From contig CAVRCJ010000001.1 of assembly GCA_963719515.1 (NCBI GenBank), positions 310,942-374,941 of the forward strand: DNA of 64,000 nt, written 5' to 3'. Positions within the stretch are counted from its first letter, which is position 1; each line of letters starts with the position of its first letter. A program made the position numbers and the translations under genes. Below the pieces are notes generated by a model, which had not been told where the DNA came from, did not search any database, and worked only from the letters and a program-made list of their open reading frames with translations. The stretch is from an uncultured cyanobacterium. Lineage in GTDB: Bacteria; Cyanobacteriota; Cyanobacteriia; CAKZMO01. This document shows, in pieces, positions 17,912-28,414 of this stretch.

Positions 17912-18790
17912 AGGCTATTGATGGCCCTTTGCGCCTAACGCCGTTCCACGAATAGCTAACGAGGGTTATGAAAATGCGATCGCCTAATGGAATGAAGTGC
18001 TGGTCTGTGGCGGCTTGGATGTTGCCGGGGCTGCTGATGGTGGCGGCTCCGGTCGTGGGGATGGCGGAGGTAAGGGTGCAGGGGGTGGAGACGGACCGTA
18101 AGGCGGAGGCGGACCGGCTGCTTCAGCAGGGCATTGAGGAGTTTAACGGCAGTCAGTTTCGTGAGGCGCTGCAGTTTTGGGAGCGATCGCTAGAGATTTA
18201 TCGGGGGATAGGCGATCGCCGCGGGGAAGGCGCTGCCCTGGGCAACTTGGGCCTTGCCTACAGCAACCTAGGGCAATACCAACAGGCGATCGCCCTCTAT
18301 GAGCAACACCTTGAAATCGCCCGAGAGATAGGCGATCGCCGCGGGGAAGGCGCTGCCCTGGGCAACTTGGGCAATGCCTACCGCAACCTAGGGCAATACC
18401 AAGAGGCGATCGCGCTCTATGAACAGTCCCTTGAGATAGCCCGAGAGCTCGGCAACCGGCTCGCTGCAGGTAATGCCCTCGGCAACTTGGGTCTCGCTTA
18501 TGACAACCTAGGGCAATACCAACAGGCGCTCGCATTCCATGAGCAGTCCCTTGAAATAGCCCGAGAGATTGGCGACCGCCGTGGGGAAGGCAATGCTCTG
18601 GGAAGCTTGGGCAATGCCTTCCTCCAACTAGGGCAATATCAACAAGCGATCACGCTCTATGAGCAGTACCTTGAAATTTTTCAAGAGATTGGTGACCGCC
18701 GAGGGGAAGGGGTCGCTCTCGGTAACTTGGGTCTCATTTATGACAGCCTAGGGCAATATCAACAGGCGATTGCATCCTATCAGCAGTCCC

Positions 18791-20106
18791 CTTAGTGGTG
18801 CAGGGAAGTCCTGAAAGTATTGGTATACATAAAGTCTCAGCCTAGGACAGGGGTTAACGGTAGGGGTGTTCCATGAGAAGCTTAAGTTCCCCAACTCAAA
18901 GCTAAATCAATGGAAACACCCCTGCTTTATCGTCAGCTGATGGACCAACTACGTCAATGGGTCAACCCAAAAGACGAGCGTCACCTGCAAGGCGTTGCAG
19001 AAGCAGTCGCTGCTATCCTGCAATCTCAAAGCGCCTGTCTGGGGAAATGGGTCACCTACCTGAGCCATCGAAACTGCGAGGCTAGAGCACACATGGAGCG
19101 CCTAAGCTACTTGGTTCACAACCAGCACATCAGCGCTGAGCGCTTCTACGTACCGCTCCTACGCCATGCTCTGCAAGCATTTGACGGCAGCGAGATTACC
19201 CTAACTTTAGACACCAGCATGCTGTGGGAGCAGTTCTGTTTGGTGGAAGTCTGTCTGGTGTGGGGTGGGCGCTCGTTTGCCTTGGCTCAGGTGGTGCTAG
19301 AGCACAAGAGTGCTAGTGTCGCCTTCAAGGACTACAAACACGTTCTTGAGGCAGCCAAAGCGCTGGTGCCCTCCGGTTGCGGGGTGACGCTGTTGGCTGA
19401 CCGAGGCTTTGCCCACAGAGAACTGCTGGTCTGGCTCGAGGAGTGCCAGTGGCAGTGGGCGGTTCGGGTCAAGTGTGACATGCAGGTCCGCCTTGCTACT
19501 GGAGCGACTCGTTCGGTGCAATATCTATTCCCCCCAGAGCAGCAAGCTTATCTATTACACAATGTCACTGTCTTAGAGGACATTGAGGCGCACCTCGTCA
19601 CAGGCCACCTTCCCAACGCCAGCGAGCCCTGGGCGGTTCTATCAAGCACGCCCCCCTCCCTGCAAACCTTCGCGCTCTACGGCAAGCGCTTTGGCGGCAT
19701 AGAGCCGCACTTCAAAGACTACAAGTCGGCGGCCTTCAATGTTGTCGCTTCCGGTCTAAGGGATGCTCAAGCCCTGACGTGTCTATTCATGCTGTTGGAC
19801 ACGGCCTATCTGATTGCGCTGATTGTTGGCATGATCCTTGTTCAGAGCGGTCAACGCTCAAAGCTCGACTGGCATGGCGATAGGGGACTGAGTTTTCTGC
19901 AGCTTGGTCTGAGAAATATAGGACGGTGCTGCTACAGGCGAGTGCTACTGCCAACGCTGATTGCCCTGCCGCCCCAAAGTCCACCTAAAGCCTGTGCCTC
20001 GAGGCGCAAGCGAGCCGCTTTAGACTGCCAAATTGAGTTCTCAAGGGTGGTCGTCTTCTCATGATGAGTCCGCTTAAGCCTCCTTTGAGATTTCTGCACC
20101 ACTAAG
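18791..20106 (+). mobile_element. IS4-like insertion sequence inside the TPR-CHAT gene
   Basis: IRs CTTAGTGGTGCAG / CTGCACCACTAAG; 10-bp target duplication CAGCAGTCCC at 18781-18790 and 20107-20116. Confidence 0.93.
18910..20064 (+). CDS. DDE transposase (IS4-like)
   Basis: LTLDTS, LLADRGF, YGKRFGGIEPHFKDYKS. Confidence 0.88.
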   Translation: METPLLYRQLMDQLRQWVNPKDERHLQGVAEAVAAILQSQSACLGKWVTYLSHRNCEARAHMERLSYLVHNQHISAERFYVPLLRHALQAFDGSEITLTLDTSMLWEQFCLVEVCLVWGGRSFALAQVVLEHKSASVAFKDYKHVLEAAKALVPSGCGVTLLADRGFAHRELLVWLEECQWQWAVRVKCDMQVRLATGATRSVQYLFPPEQQAYLLHNVTVLEDIEAHLVTGHLPNASEPWAVLSSTPPSLQTFALYGKRFGGIEPHFKDYKSAAFNVVASGLRDAQALTCLFMLLDTAYLIALIVGMILVQSGQRSKLDWHGDRGLSFLQLGLRNIGRCCYRRVLLPTLIALPPQSPPKACASRRKRAALDCQIEFSRVVVFS

Positions 20107-22395
20107 CAGCAGTCCCTTAAAATAGCCCGAGAGATTGGTGACCGCCGCGGGGAAGGTAATGCCCTGGGTAACTTGGGCAGTACCCTTGGCAACCTAGGAC
20201 AATACAAAGAGGCGATCGCACTCTATGAGCAACAGCTTGAAATTTTTCAAGAGATAGGTGACCGCCAAGGGGAAGGGGTTACCTTTGGCAACTTGGGCAT
20301 TGCTTACAGTAACCTAGGGCAATATCAACAAGCGATCGCGCTCCTTGAGCAGCGCCTTGAGATAGCCCGAGAGATTGGCGACCGCCAAGGGGAAGGCAAT
20401 GCCATCGGCAGCTTGGGTAACGCTTACCTCCGACTAGGACAATACCAACAGGGGATCGCATTTCATAAGCAATACCTTGAGATAGCCCGAGAGATTGGCG
20501 ACCGCCAAGGGGAAGGCAACGCCCTCGGCAACTTAGGCAATGCTTACCTTCAGGTAGGGCAATACCAACAGGCCATCGCTTCTTATCAGCAGGCTCTAGC
20601 CATCCACCAAGACATCGGCGATCGCGCTGCCGTAGGGCTTGGGTTTAGCAACATCGGCAACCTCTTCGCCACGCAAGACCAACCTCAACTCGCCATCCTC
20701 TTCCTCAAACAGTCCGTCAACGTCCGCGAATCTATACGCAACGACATCCGCCAGCTCCCCACCGACCAACAGCAATCCTTTACCGACACCGTCGCGGACA
20801 CCTACCGCCAGCTAGCCGACCTCCTCCTCCAAGAGAACCGAATCCTAGAAGCCCAGCGCGTCCTCGACCTCCTCAAAGTCCAAGAGCTAGGCGACTACCT
20901 CGGCACCGTCCGCAGCAGCCCCAACACCCAAACCGGCATCGACCTCACCACACCCGAACGCCCCGTCCGCGATCGCCAGCAGGCCATCACCAACCGAGCG
21001 ATCGCCGTGGGCCAGCAAATCGCCCAGCTGCGGCAGATAGACGAAGGGCGATCGCCCCAGCAGCAGGCGCAGCTCATTGAACTCGAAGCCGAACAGGACG
21101 ACATCCGCGCCGAATTCTTCGCCTTTATCGACGGGCCAGAGGTGCAGGCCCTGGTTGACGCTCTCAGCCGCGACCAGGCTAAGCAAGATCTAGTGGCCAA
21201 CCTAGAGGAGCTAGTCAACCTGCAAAACAACCTCAAAGACCTGAACCAAAACGCGGTCCTCATCTATCCCCTAGTCCTAGAAGATCGCCTAGAGCTAGTG
21301 CTGGTCACTCCCTTCAGCGAACCCACCCGCTACCCCATCACCGTCCCTCGGGAAGAGCTGAACCAGGCCATCGTCCAGTTTCGCCAAGCTTTAGAAGATC
21401 CCACCAGCAACCCGCTGCCCGCCGCCCAGCAGCTCTACGACTGGCTGATTGCTCCCATGGCCGATGACCTAGCCGCCATTGACGCTCAAACCCTGCTCTA
21501 CGCCCCCGATAGCATCCTGCGCTACATCCCCCTCGCCGCCCTGCACAACGGCGACAGATGGCTAGCAGAAGATTACCGCGTCAACCACATCACCGCCGCC
21601 AGCCTGGGCAACCTCAACCTGCGCCCCGACTCAGAACTCGACATCCTAGCCGCCGCCTTCAGCGACGGGTTCCACAGCGTTGCCGTGGGAGAGCGCAATC
21701 TCGACTTTGACGGCCTCCCCTTCGCCGGGCAGGAGGTAGAGAACTTGGCCAAGGCCTTCCCCGGCACCACAACTCTGGTCAACGACGACTTCAGCCTTGA
21801 TGATACTGTCCTGCTCATGGATGATCACACCGTGGTCCACCTGGCCACCCACGCCGCCTTTGTCCAGGGCACCCCCCAAGATTCCTTCATCCTATTCGGC
21901 AACGGCGATCGCATTACCCTGGAGGAAATGAAGCAGTGGCGGGGCCGCTTCAACGCTATCGACCTAATTGTGCTCAGCGCCTGTGAAACAGGGCTAGGAG
22001 ACGATGGCTCCGGCACCGGGGAAGAGATTCTCGGCTTTGGCTACCTGATGCAGCAGGCGGGGGCCGCAGCGGCGATCGCCTCTCTATGGCAAGTGAGCGA
22101 CGGCGGCACCCAAGCGCTGATGAACGCCTTTTACACCGCGCTGAGCAACGGCTACAGCAAAGCAGAGGCCCTGCAGCGATCGCAGCGGGCGTTGATTGAG
22201 GGTGACCTCTCGGTTGTGGGGGAACAGCGCGGCACCATTGAGCTGATCAGCACGGCAACAGGGGAGCCGATTAGCGCTGATGACCTCAGCCATCCATACT
22301 ACTGGGCACCGTTCATCCTCATCGGCAACGGGCTGTAGGATGTGCAGGATACCCATGCCCTACTAAAGAGCAGTCACTAGCGCAGATCCTCTGGG

Positions 22396-23148
22396 TCAAT
22401 TTGGGCAAAGTACCTCGGGCGCTTCACTGATCAGAGTTACCAGCTCCGCTGAAGGATTCTCCACCAAAAGGACTTCCCTCCAAAAATCGGACCAAAAGCC
22501 TTTAGCCGCGAAGTAGTCAGCGCGTCGTCTGGCCTTTTCTTCAGAGGAGCCCCCCGCCGCCGCTAGGGCGTCTAGCTCCTCGTTAATTTGCGCCTGCTGG
22601 GCTGACGTCAGGGTCACAAACGGCACCTCGACTGGAGGCTGGTCGGTCTCGGGTGAGTAAATTAGCCACTGGTATATCTGACCTGGAGCGATGGAGGGGG
22701 TGCCATTGTAGATGGCGTGACCCTGCTCACCCGTGGTCTGCCACAACGGTGACTGCGCCCCTTGCAACCGCAGCTCAACGGTCTCTACATCGCCTTTCCA
22801 CACCAAGGTTGGCCCCGATATCGTCGTCTGGGTCACTTCCAGGTTGGCAACGGATGTCAATGGCGCAATCAGGCAAAGGTCAGTCGCGATGGCGCTAGGA
22901 GAATCGCCTCTGCTGCCGCCGGGATCAGTCGGGACCGGTGGCTCAATCCTGCGCTCTTGCAAACTGCCTCGGCTTCCCCCCCCTTCAGCAGGCACCGGGG
23001 GATCGCTGCTAAAAATATCGCTCCAAGAGATCCAAGCCGTTGAGGTGAACTGGGCGATCGCCTCTGTTGCGGGCAGCGCTAGCCCTAACGTGAGACTAGC
23101 GACAAGGGACAGGCGAACGGTAGCGCGAGCTGAGCAGTAGAGCATCAT
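22396..23148 (-). CDS. Secreted DUF928-like protein
   Basis: Signal peptide, two PPVP...GGSRG repeats, CLIAP, PTLVW, PGQIYQW, YFAAKGFWSD. The start overlaps the upstream TGA (ATGA coupling). Confidence 0.7.
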   Translation of the reverse strand: MMLYCSARATVRLSLVASLTLGLALPATEAIAQFTSTAWISWSDIFSSDPPVPAEGGGSRGSLQERRIEPPVPTDPGGSRGDSPSAIATDLCLIAPLTSVANLEVTQTTISGPTLVWKGDVETVELRLQGAQSPLWQTTGEQGHAIYNGTPSIAPGQIYQWLIYSPETDQPPVEVPFVTLTSAQQAQINEELDALAAAGGSSEEKARRRADYFAAKGFWSDFWREVLLVENPSAELVTLISEAPEVLCPN

Positions 23149-25531
23149 GACTTTTTCCTGGTGAGTGCTGGAAAGCTGTAAAAGACTATCGTCAGAACCG
23201 GAAGCACAACGGGCAGCAAAACTGCCGTAGAAACGAAGAGTTGAAAGCTGATGCCGGTGCAAAGAGCGGTGCCTGCCGCAAAGATGAGCCACCGCGATCG
23301 CCGACTAAGCTGTTCTAGAGAGGATGATCCCGGCTTAGAAAACCGCTGGCGCTGAACATATACCGTCAACGCTTTACCGATAAGAGCCATCAACCCAATC
23401 ATCCAGAGATTGGGAACCGAGACAACGTACCGTTGATCAAAGTAATGGCTGAGCTGGTAAGCGTGGATCTCACCGCCCGTGAGAATTTTGCGATTGTCTG
23501 ATGAGGTCAGCTGTCGCCGCCAGTAGGCAACAGCGGCGGGCGTCGGTTGACTATCTTGGTTTGCCTTGTGAATTCCAGCCTCGCGATACCCTCCTGCGGC
23601 AATCATGACAACCTGATGCTCAAGGGATTGCAGTCGTTCAGGGGTTTCGTTGCTAGAATCAGCTGCAAGCAGCTCCCACGCCGAAATCCGCTCATAGACT
23701 TGGGGGGGGGAACTGAGAAATCAACTATTGGATGAAGCCACATCTGCCGAAGTCGATAGCCAATCTCCGAAATCAGCATGGAGCGAGGGGGGGCTAGTTG
23801 AGAGACATGACGCGGGTGATAGCGTGTCAGCTCATAGCTAAAGGGCTGAGGTTCAGTCGGGTCCGCTGACAGCAATTTGAGGTAGTAGGTGTTTCCCAAG
23901 CGGCGGTAGCGGATATCGCCGTGGATGCTTTCCTCAAACTGGGCCAGTTCTGGCAGAGCAAATAGCCAAGCATCATTGAGCGATGGAGTCGCGGCAAAAA
24001 CAACGTCAACATCTCGATCAGCAGCGGCCTGAAGCGATAGGGCCAGTTGCGCATCGTTATCTTGGGGGTAGTCCAAAAGGTAATCCAATCCAATCACTTG
24101 GGCATTGAGTGACACTAGCTGATCCACTATCTGCGCCAAATAGCCGCGATCCATCACCTTCGGATCGCTGATGTTTGCCTTCGCGATCGAGGTGTCATCG
24201 ATTTGCACCAGCAGCACGGGCGGCACTTGGTCCGCTGTGAACTGCTGAGTTGCGTGGCGATAAAAGGCCTGCGCCACCATCCGCCGCTCCAATAGCCAGC
24301 TCTGCACCGGCAACTGCCAGCTCAGCGCCGCCAATAGCCCCACCGCGATCGCCTCCCGACGGCTAGGTATCAGTTTCTGCAGCCGCTGCCGCCAGCCGTA
24401 GGGCTGAAGCTGAAATAGCGGGGCGCTGGGGCGGCAAAAGAGGGAGGGGACCAAATCTGCAGAAGGATAGGTCAGTTCGGCCTTACTTTTGAGAAACTCG
24501 GTGGCGGCAATCAGAGCGGTGTGGACATCCGCGTAGGCAGCGAGGCTCTGTAAGAACTGCGGCAAAAAGAGCTGGGCCACCCGGTTGTGGATCGGTTCGC
24601 GCATCACCGCCACTTGGTTCAGCCCCAGGCCAATGAGGGCGGCGGCGATATCCATGCCGTTGCAGGAATTGAACAGAGCAAACTGCAGCCCCCGCTGCTG
24701 GGCTTTCTCCAGGTGGGGCTGCAGTTCACTAAGGGCAATAGCCGTATTGGGCGCAATCGCCAGCTCTCCCCCTAGCCCTGGCTTCTCGTTGCTGTGCCCC
24801 GCAAAAAAGAGGATGTCCCACCCCTGCTCGGCGGCGATCGCCGCGACGATATCGCGCTTGAGGGTCTCGATGTCAGCCCCCGGCTGCCAGCCCACAAAGC
24901 GGATCTCAGCCAGAGAGGCCAGCGACTGTACCGCCTTGCGGTCTTCCGCAAAATTGAGGCCGGTATCATCCCCCATAATCGCCAAAATGCGAAGACGACG
25001 GCGTGAAGACTGGGGCACAGCCGCCGCAGCGCGAATATTGTCTGGGGTACGGGCAATGCGGATGCTGCCCGTGGCGGCAAACTCGCGACCAATCTCCCAC
25101 GCCTCCCACGGCAGGCGGGCGATGTCATCTGTCGAGCAAGTCAGGAAAATATTGACGGCGGCATCGGCGCGGCTTGCTTTCGCAATCTCAGAGCGGATAT
25201 CGTGCAGCTCTGGCGATCGCAGCCACTGGTGGAAGTCGTGCAGCAGCCGCGACTTTGCCTCGACAAGCCGCATCCGCCGGTCATTGGGTGTGGCAATCAC
25301 GCTACCGCCGCCAACGGCCTTGCCGCGCAGCCCATCCCCAGCCTCTGGTGGGTCTAGAGAAATCGGCAGCGTTTGATAAAAGCTGAGGTAAGTTCGCTGC
25401 CAATCGCGATAGCGCTGCATCAGCACGTCTGGAAAGGTGACCGGGACGCTCAACTGCCGTTCTCCGTCCCACCTTAAGGTAAACAGGCAGTCTTGCCCCA
25501 CGTGCCGTACCAAAAGTCGAAAGTTAGTCAT
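23145..25531 (-). pseudogene. CHAT-TM-CHASE2-TM transmembrane protease-receptor, frameshifted at a C9 tract
   Basis: LPWEAWE, FFAGHS, FNSCNG (CHAT dyad); hydrophobic segment; VLLVQIDD...DRGYLAQIVDQL...VIGLDYLLD (CHASE2). The C-terminal part (MIAAGGY...GGEIHAY plus TM helices) lies in another frame past G9 at 23702-23710. Confidence 0.85.
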
Positions 25532-26843
25532 GACGAATATAGGTAAAAGGCGGTAAGGTGATTTCCGCGCCGTTGGTTAAATTAACCGTGACCTGAAACT
25601 GCTCGCGCCACTCGCCAACGACCTGGGAGAACAAGTAGGCGTCAGGCCCTGTTTCCGATAGGGTCTGCTGGTCTAGCACCTGTATATCGTCGCTGATCCT
25701 GAGGGTAATGCCAGCGGGTAGCTCTCGGTTGGGCTGTGGCCCGAGCAGCAGCAGTAGGCACCAAGCCTGGTCCGATGCGGTGGAGAGATCCCAGGTGATG
25801 GCGTAGAGGCGCACCGACACCGTTTCCCAGGTGAGGTCGCGGTAGGCGGCGCGGGCCTGGGAGGGAATCGGGGTACCGCTTTGGGATATCGTGGTCACGA
25901 TGTCCTCGAACTGCTCCACGGGCGATCGCGCATACCGCATTGAGGTTGCCTCCTGGAGCCGCGATAGGGGCGGCAGCAATCGCCAGTCTTGGTCTTGAGG
26001 AATTTGTACTGAGTCTTGGAACCACTGCCTGACGTTGACGACAGCCTGCGCCACTGGGCCGGGTGATGGACTAGGCAATAGCGATCGCCCTAGCTCAGGC
26101 TGGGTGAGGACTACCGCTGCCTGCTCCCAGGTGAGCAGCTTCCAAATAGGCACCTGAGATTGAAGTCGACCTGCGAGAGTGGATAGGGTCTCTTGCACCT
26201 GAGCTACAGAGGGCAGCGTAGGGGGCGCGATCGCCACTGAGCCTGACGCCACTGAGCCTGACGCCAGAGCTTCGGGCGGCAGGCAGCGCAGGTAAAGCAG
26301 CAAGGCATCGGGGTCAAGATCAAACCAGGTTCGGGGGATGGTGTAAGTCCAGTCGCGATGAGCGGTCAATTCTTCTGGCAGCGCCGCGATATGGGCGCGC
26401 ATCTGGTCATAGCGCAGGCATCCCTGCACATCGACCTGTCCGACTTCCTCCCGCACGTCGACTAGCACCAATAGCTGTGGCACAAACGCGGCTAGCTCTA
26501 AAGCAGCTCGGGGAATGGTAACGGCCTCGTCGTCCAGGCTCCCAGCGGGAATGAGACAGAGGCGAAAGCCGTTAACCTCTAGGCTGCACACGGCGCTCAG
26601 CAGCCCCGCCACCTCAGGCCGCGTCACCGAACAGGCGGGGTTTTCTACGGCGATGCCCCGCTCAGATAGCCACTGCTGAAATCCCACCCAGGCGATCGCA
26701 TTGAGATGAGCTTGCCAGCCCTCGGCGGGACGGAGGGTTTCAGTTTGTGCAACCGCTCGCTCTAGATCTTCTTCTGACAAAACAATTAGGTTGGGAGACT
26801 GTGTCTCGGCTTCGAGAGCCAGCGAATCTTCAGTAAGTGTCAT
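25524..26843 (-). CDS. DUF1822-like protein (candidate anti-sigma/CHAT substrate)
   Basis: WQAHLNAIA..F..WL, GFRLCLIP, VTIPRAALEL..FVPQ, VNVRQW, LPAGITLRISD, YLFSQVVGEWREQFQV, TLPPF; overlaps the receptor start. Confidence 0.75.
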   Translation of the reverse strand: MTLTEDSLALEAETQSPNLIVLSEEDLERAVAQTETLRPAEGWQAHLNAIAWVGFQQWLSERGIAVENPACSVTRPEVAGLLSAVCSLEVNGFRLCLIPAGSLDDEAVTIPRAALELAAFVPQLLVLVDVREEVGQVDVQGCLRYDQMRAHIAALPEELTAHRDWTYTIPRTWFDLDPDALLLYLRCLPPEALASGSVASGSVAIAPPTLPSVAQVQETLSTLAGRLQSQVPIWKLLTWEQAAVVLTQPELGRSLLPSPSPGPVAQAVVNVRQWFQDSVQIPQDQDWRLLPPLSRLQEATSMRYARSPVEQFEDIVTTISQSGTPIPSQARAAYRDLTWETVSVRLYAITWDLSTASDQAWCLLLLLGPQPNRELPAGITLRISDDIQVLDQQTLSETGPDAYLFSQVVGEWREQFQVTVNLTNGAEITLPPFTYIRHD

Positions 26844-26862
26844 GATATTTAATCTCCTAATC

Positions 26863-28227
26863 TTAAATTCTGGTGTCTAAATATCGGCACAGGTGGCGGG
26901 CAAATCGACTTTTCAGGGGACCGTTGCGGCGAACGCTAGTTTCCACTTCGGTTTCGTGAATCAGGTCTGTAATCTCTTCGTCTAGCGCCTGAGCGAGGCG
27001 CTGGTCGAGATCCTGTAGATTAGCGGCATTGGTGAAGGTTTTTGCCAGCAGCAGGATGCGATCGCGCAGCAGCTGCAGCATCTGGTGCCGCACATCGGTC
27101 CGCAGGGGCTTTAGCTTCAGCAAAGCGGTCACCTGATCTTGACGGATATAGCCAATTTTGGGGGCAATGTCTTTCATGGCTTCTCCCAGGCAGTGAAACA
27201 GATGCAGCCCCTTGAGAAACCGCTGGGGGCGATCGCCCTTCCGCCGTCCTAGAAAGCTGACCCGCTGCTCAACGACGGTTTTTAGGGCGTCGTCTAGGCT
27301 AGAGAGAAACTGCTGCCGGTATTCGCCCAGAAAGACGTCGGCTTGGACGTCATCTGAGCTGGCATCGGTGGCGGAGAGACTATTTAGCGTTTTGGCTTGG
27401 TCGGGGTTGTCTAAAGAATCGGTGGGCAGCACCTTGCTGCGGTTGTGGATGCGCAGGGCGCGAAGCTGCTGGGCCAGGCTCTGCAGCTGCTGCATGACCT
27501 GGTTAGCCGATAGCGACAGCGAATACTCGTCGGCCAGATATGCGGCAATGCGCTGCAGCTGGTCAGTGCTTGGGGGGGCGCACCGTCCTACCCGCTGCTT
27601 TTGCTTCTGCCGCCAGCGATCGCTCCGGTAGACGGCATTATAGCCTTCTAGGAGGGCGCTAGCCTGGGACATTTCGACGGCGCTCAGCAGATGAAACATC
27701 CCTGACGCCTCAAGCTGAGAGGGTTTGGTATCGTTTAATATAGCCCAATCGCTGACCAAATAAACGCCGTGCTCTAGGAGGACGGCATTAACCTCGCTGT
27801 GCTGGCGAACAAGCCGAATAGTCCAGGTGCTGAGGCTGCTCTGCTGTGGGTCGAAACTGTCGAGAACTTTGCTGGCGAATGACTGGTACGACGATTGGGG
27901 GCGATCGCGGATTAGGGAAGTGTCGTCCAGCACCAGATGCAGCAGGTCGTAGCGGCTGACGCCGTGGCGCTTGCCAAAGCCCGCTTCTAGGTCTTGGCAA
28001 GCGTAGACAATCTGGTGAGAGATGAAGCATCGCAAACAGGCTTCTGCAGCTTCCGCCTGATGGGCTTTCAGCCACCGCTGGATGTCGCGGTGGGGCAGCT
28101 CCTGGCGCGATATGCGATCGCTGCCCTCTCGCTCAAGCCAGGTGCGGGTGCTGTCAATGGTTCTACGCTGTGGGGTTCCAGCGGCGGTGAGATGCAGAAA
28201 GGTCCAGTATTGAGAGATGTCATCCAT
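26863..28227 (-). CDS. Divergent sigma-70-like DNA-binding protein
   Basis: CLRCFISH, VLDSFDPQQSSLSTWTIRLVRQH (region-2-like), DSLDNP, C-terminal HTH-like GEAMKDIAPKIGYIRQDQVTALLK. AGAGGA RBS before ATG at 28227. Confidence 0.6.
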   Translation of the reverse strand: MDDISQYWTFLHLTAAGTPQRRTIDSTRTWLEREGSDRISRQELPHRDIQRWLKAHQAEAAEACLRCFISHQIVYACQDLEAGFGKRHGVSRYDLLHLVLDDTSLIRDRPQSSYQSFASKVLDSFDPQQSSLSTWTIRLVRQHSEVNAVLLEHGVYLVSDWAILNDTKPSQLEASGMFHLLSAVEMSQASALLEGYNAVYRSDRWRQKQKQRVGRCAPPSTDQLQRIAAYLADEYSLSLSANQVMQQLQSLAQQLRALRIHNRSKVLPTDSLDNPDQAKTLNSLSATDASSDDVQADVFLGEYRQQFLSSLDDALKTVVEQRVSFLGRRKGDRPQRFLKGLHLFHCLGEAMKDIAPKIGYIRQDQVTALLKLKPLRTDVRHQMLQLLRDRILLLAKTFTNAANLQDLDQRLAQALDEEITDLIHETEVETSVRRNGPLKSRFARHLCRYLDTRI

Positions 28228-28301
28228 TATCAGTCCTCTAGGTCGTTGAGCGGCAGGGCACGACTCCGCCACTAGACTACAGAATTCTTCACTAATGGGA
28301 A

Positions 28302-28328
28302 ATAGCTCTGAGCATTTTGAACCTATGG
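28302..28328 (-). promoter_or_regulatory. Island motif copy CCATAGGT-N11-AGAGCTAT
   Basis: Upstream of the sigma-like operon. Confidence 0.65.
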
Positions 28329-28414
28329 AAGTTTTGAGGTGCTGCCTGAGGTTCTGAATTCTGAATGGGTTGGGACGCAGTTTGATGCGCCCATACTACT
28401 TGTGGATTGTGGAA

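Larger units (their letters stand above)
17968..22338 (+). pseudogene. Signal peptide-TPR-CHAT protease gene split by an IS
   Basis: Joining 17968-18790 to 20117-22338 gives one 1014-aa frame (..SYQQS|LKIAREIGDRRGEG..); HLATHA, LSACETG, HPYYWAPFILIGNGL. Confidence 0.92.

Noticed and set aside
23149..23292. N-terminal extension of the DUF928-like ORF
   Set aside because: It overlaps the CHASE2 C-terminus; the coupled ATG at 23148 precedes a signal peptide.
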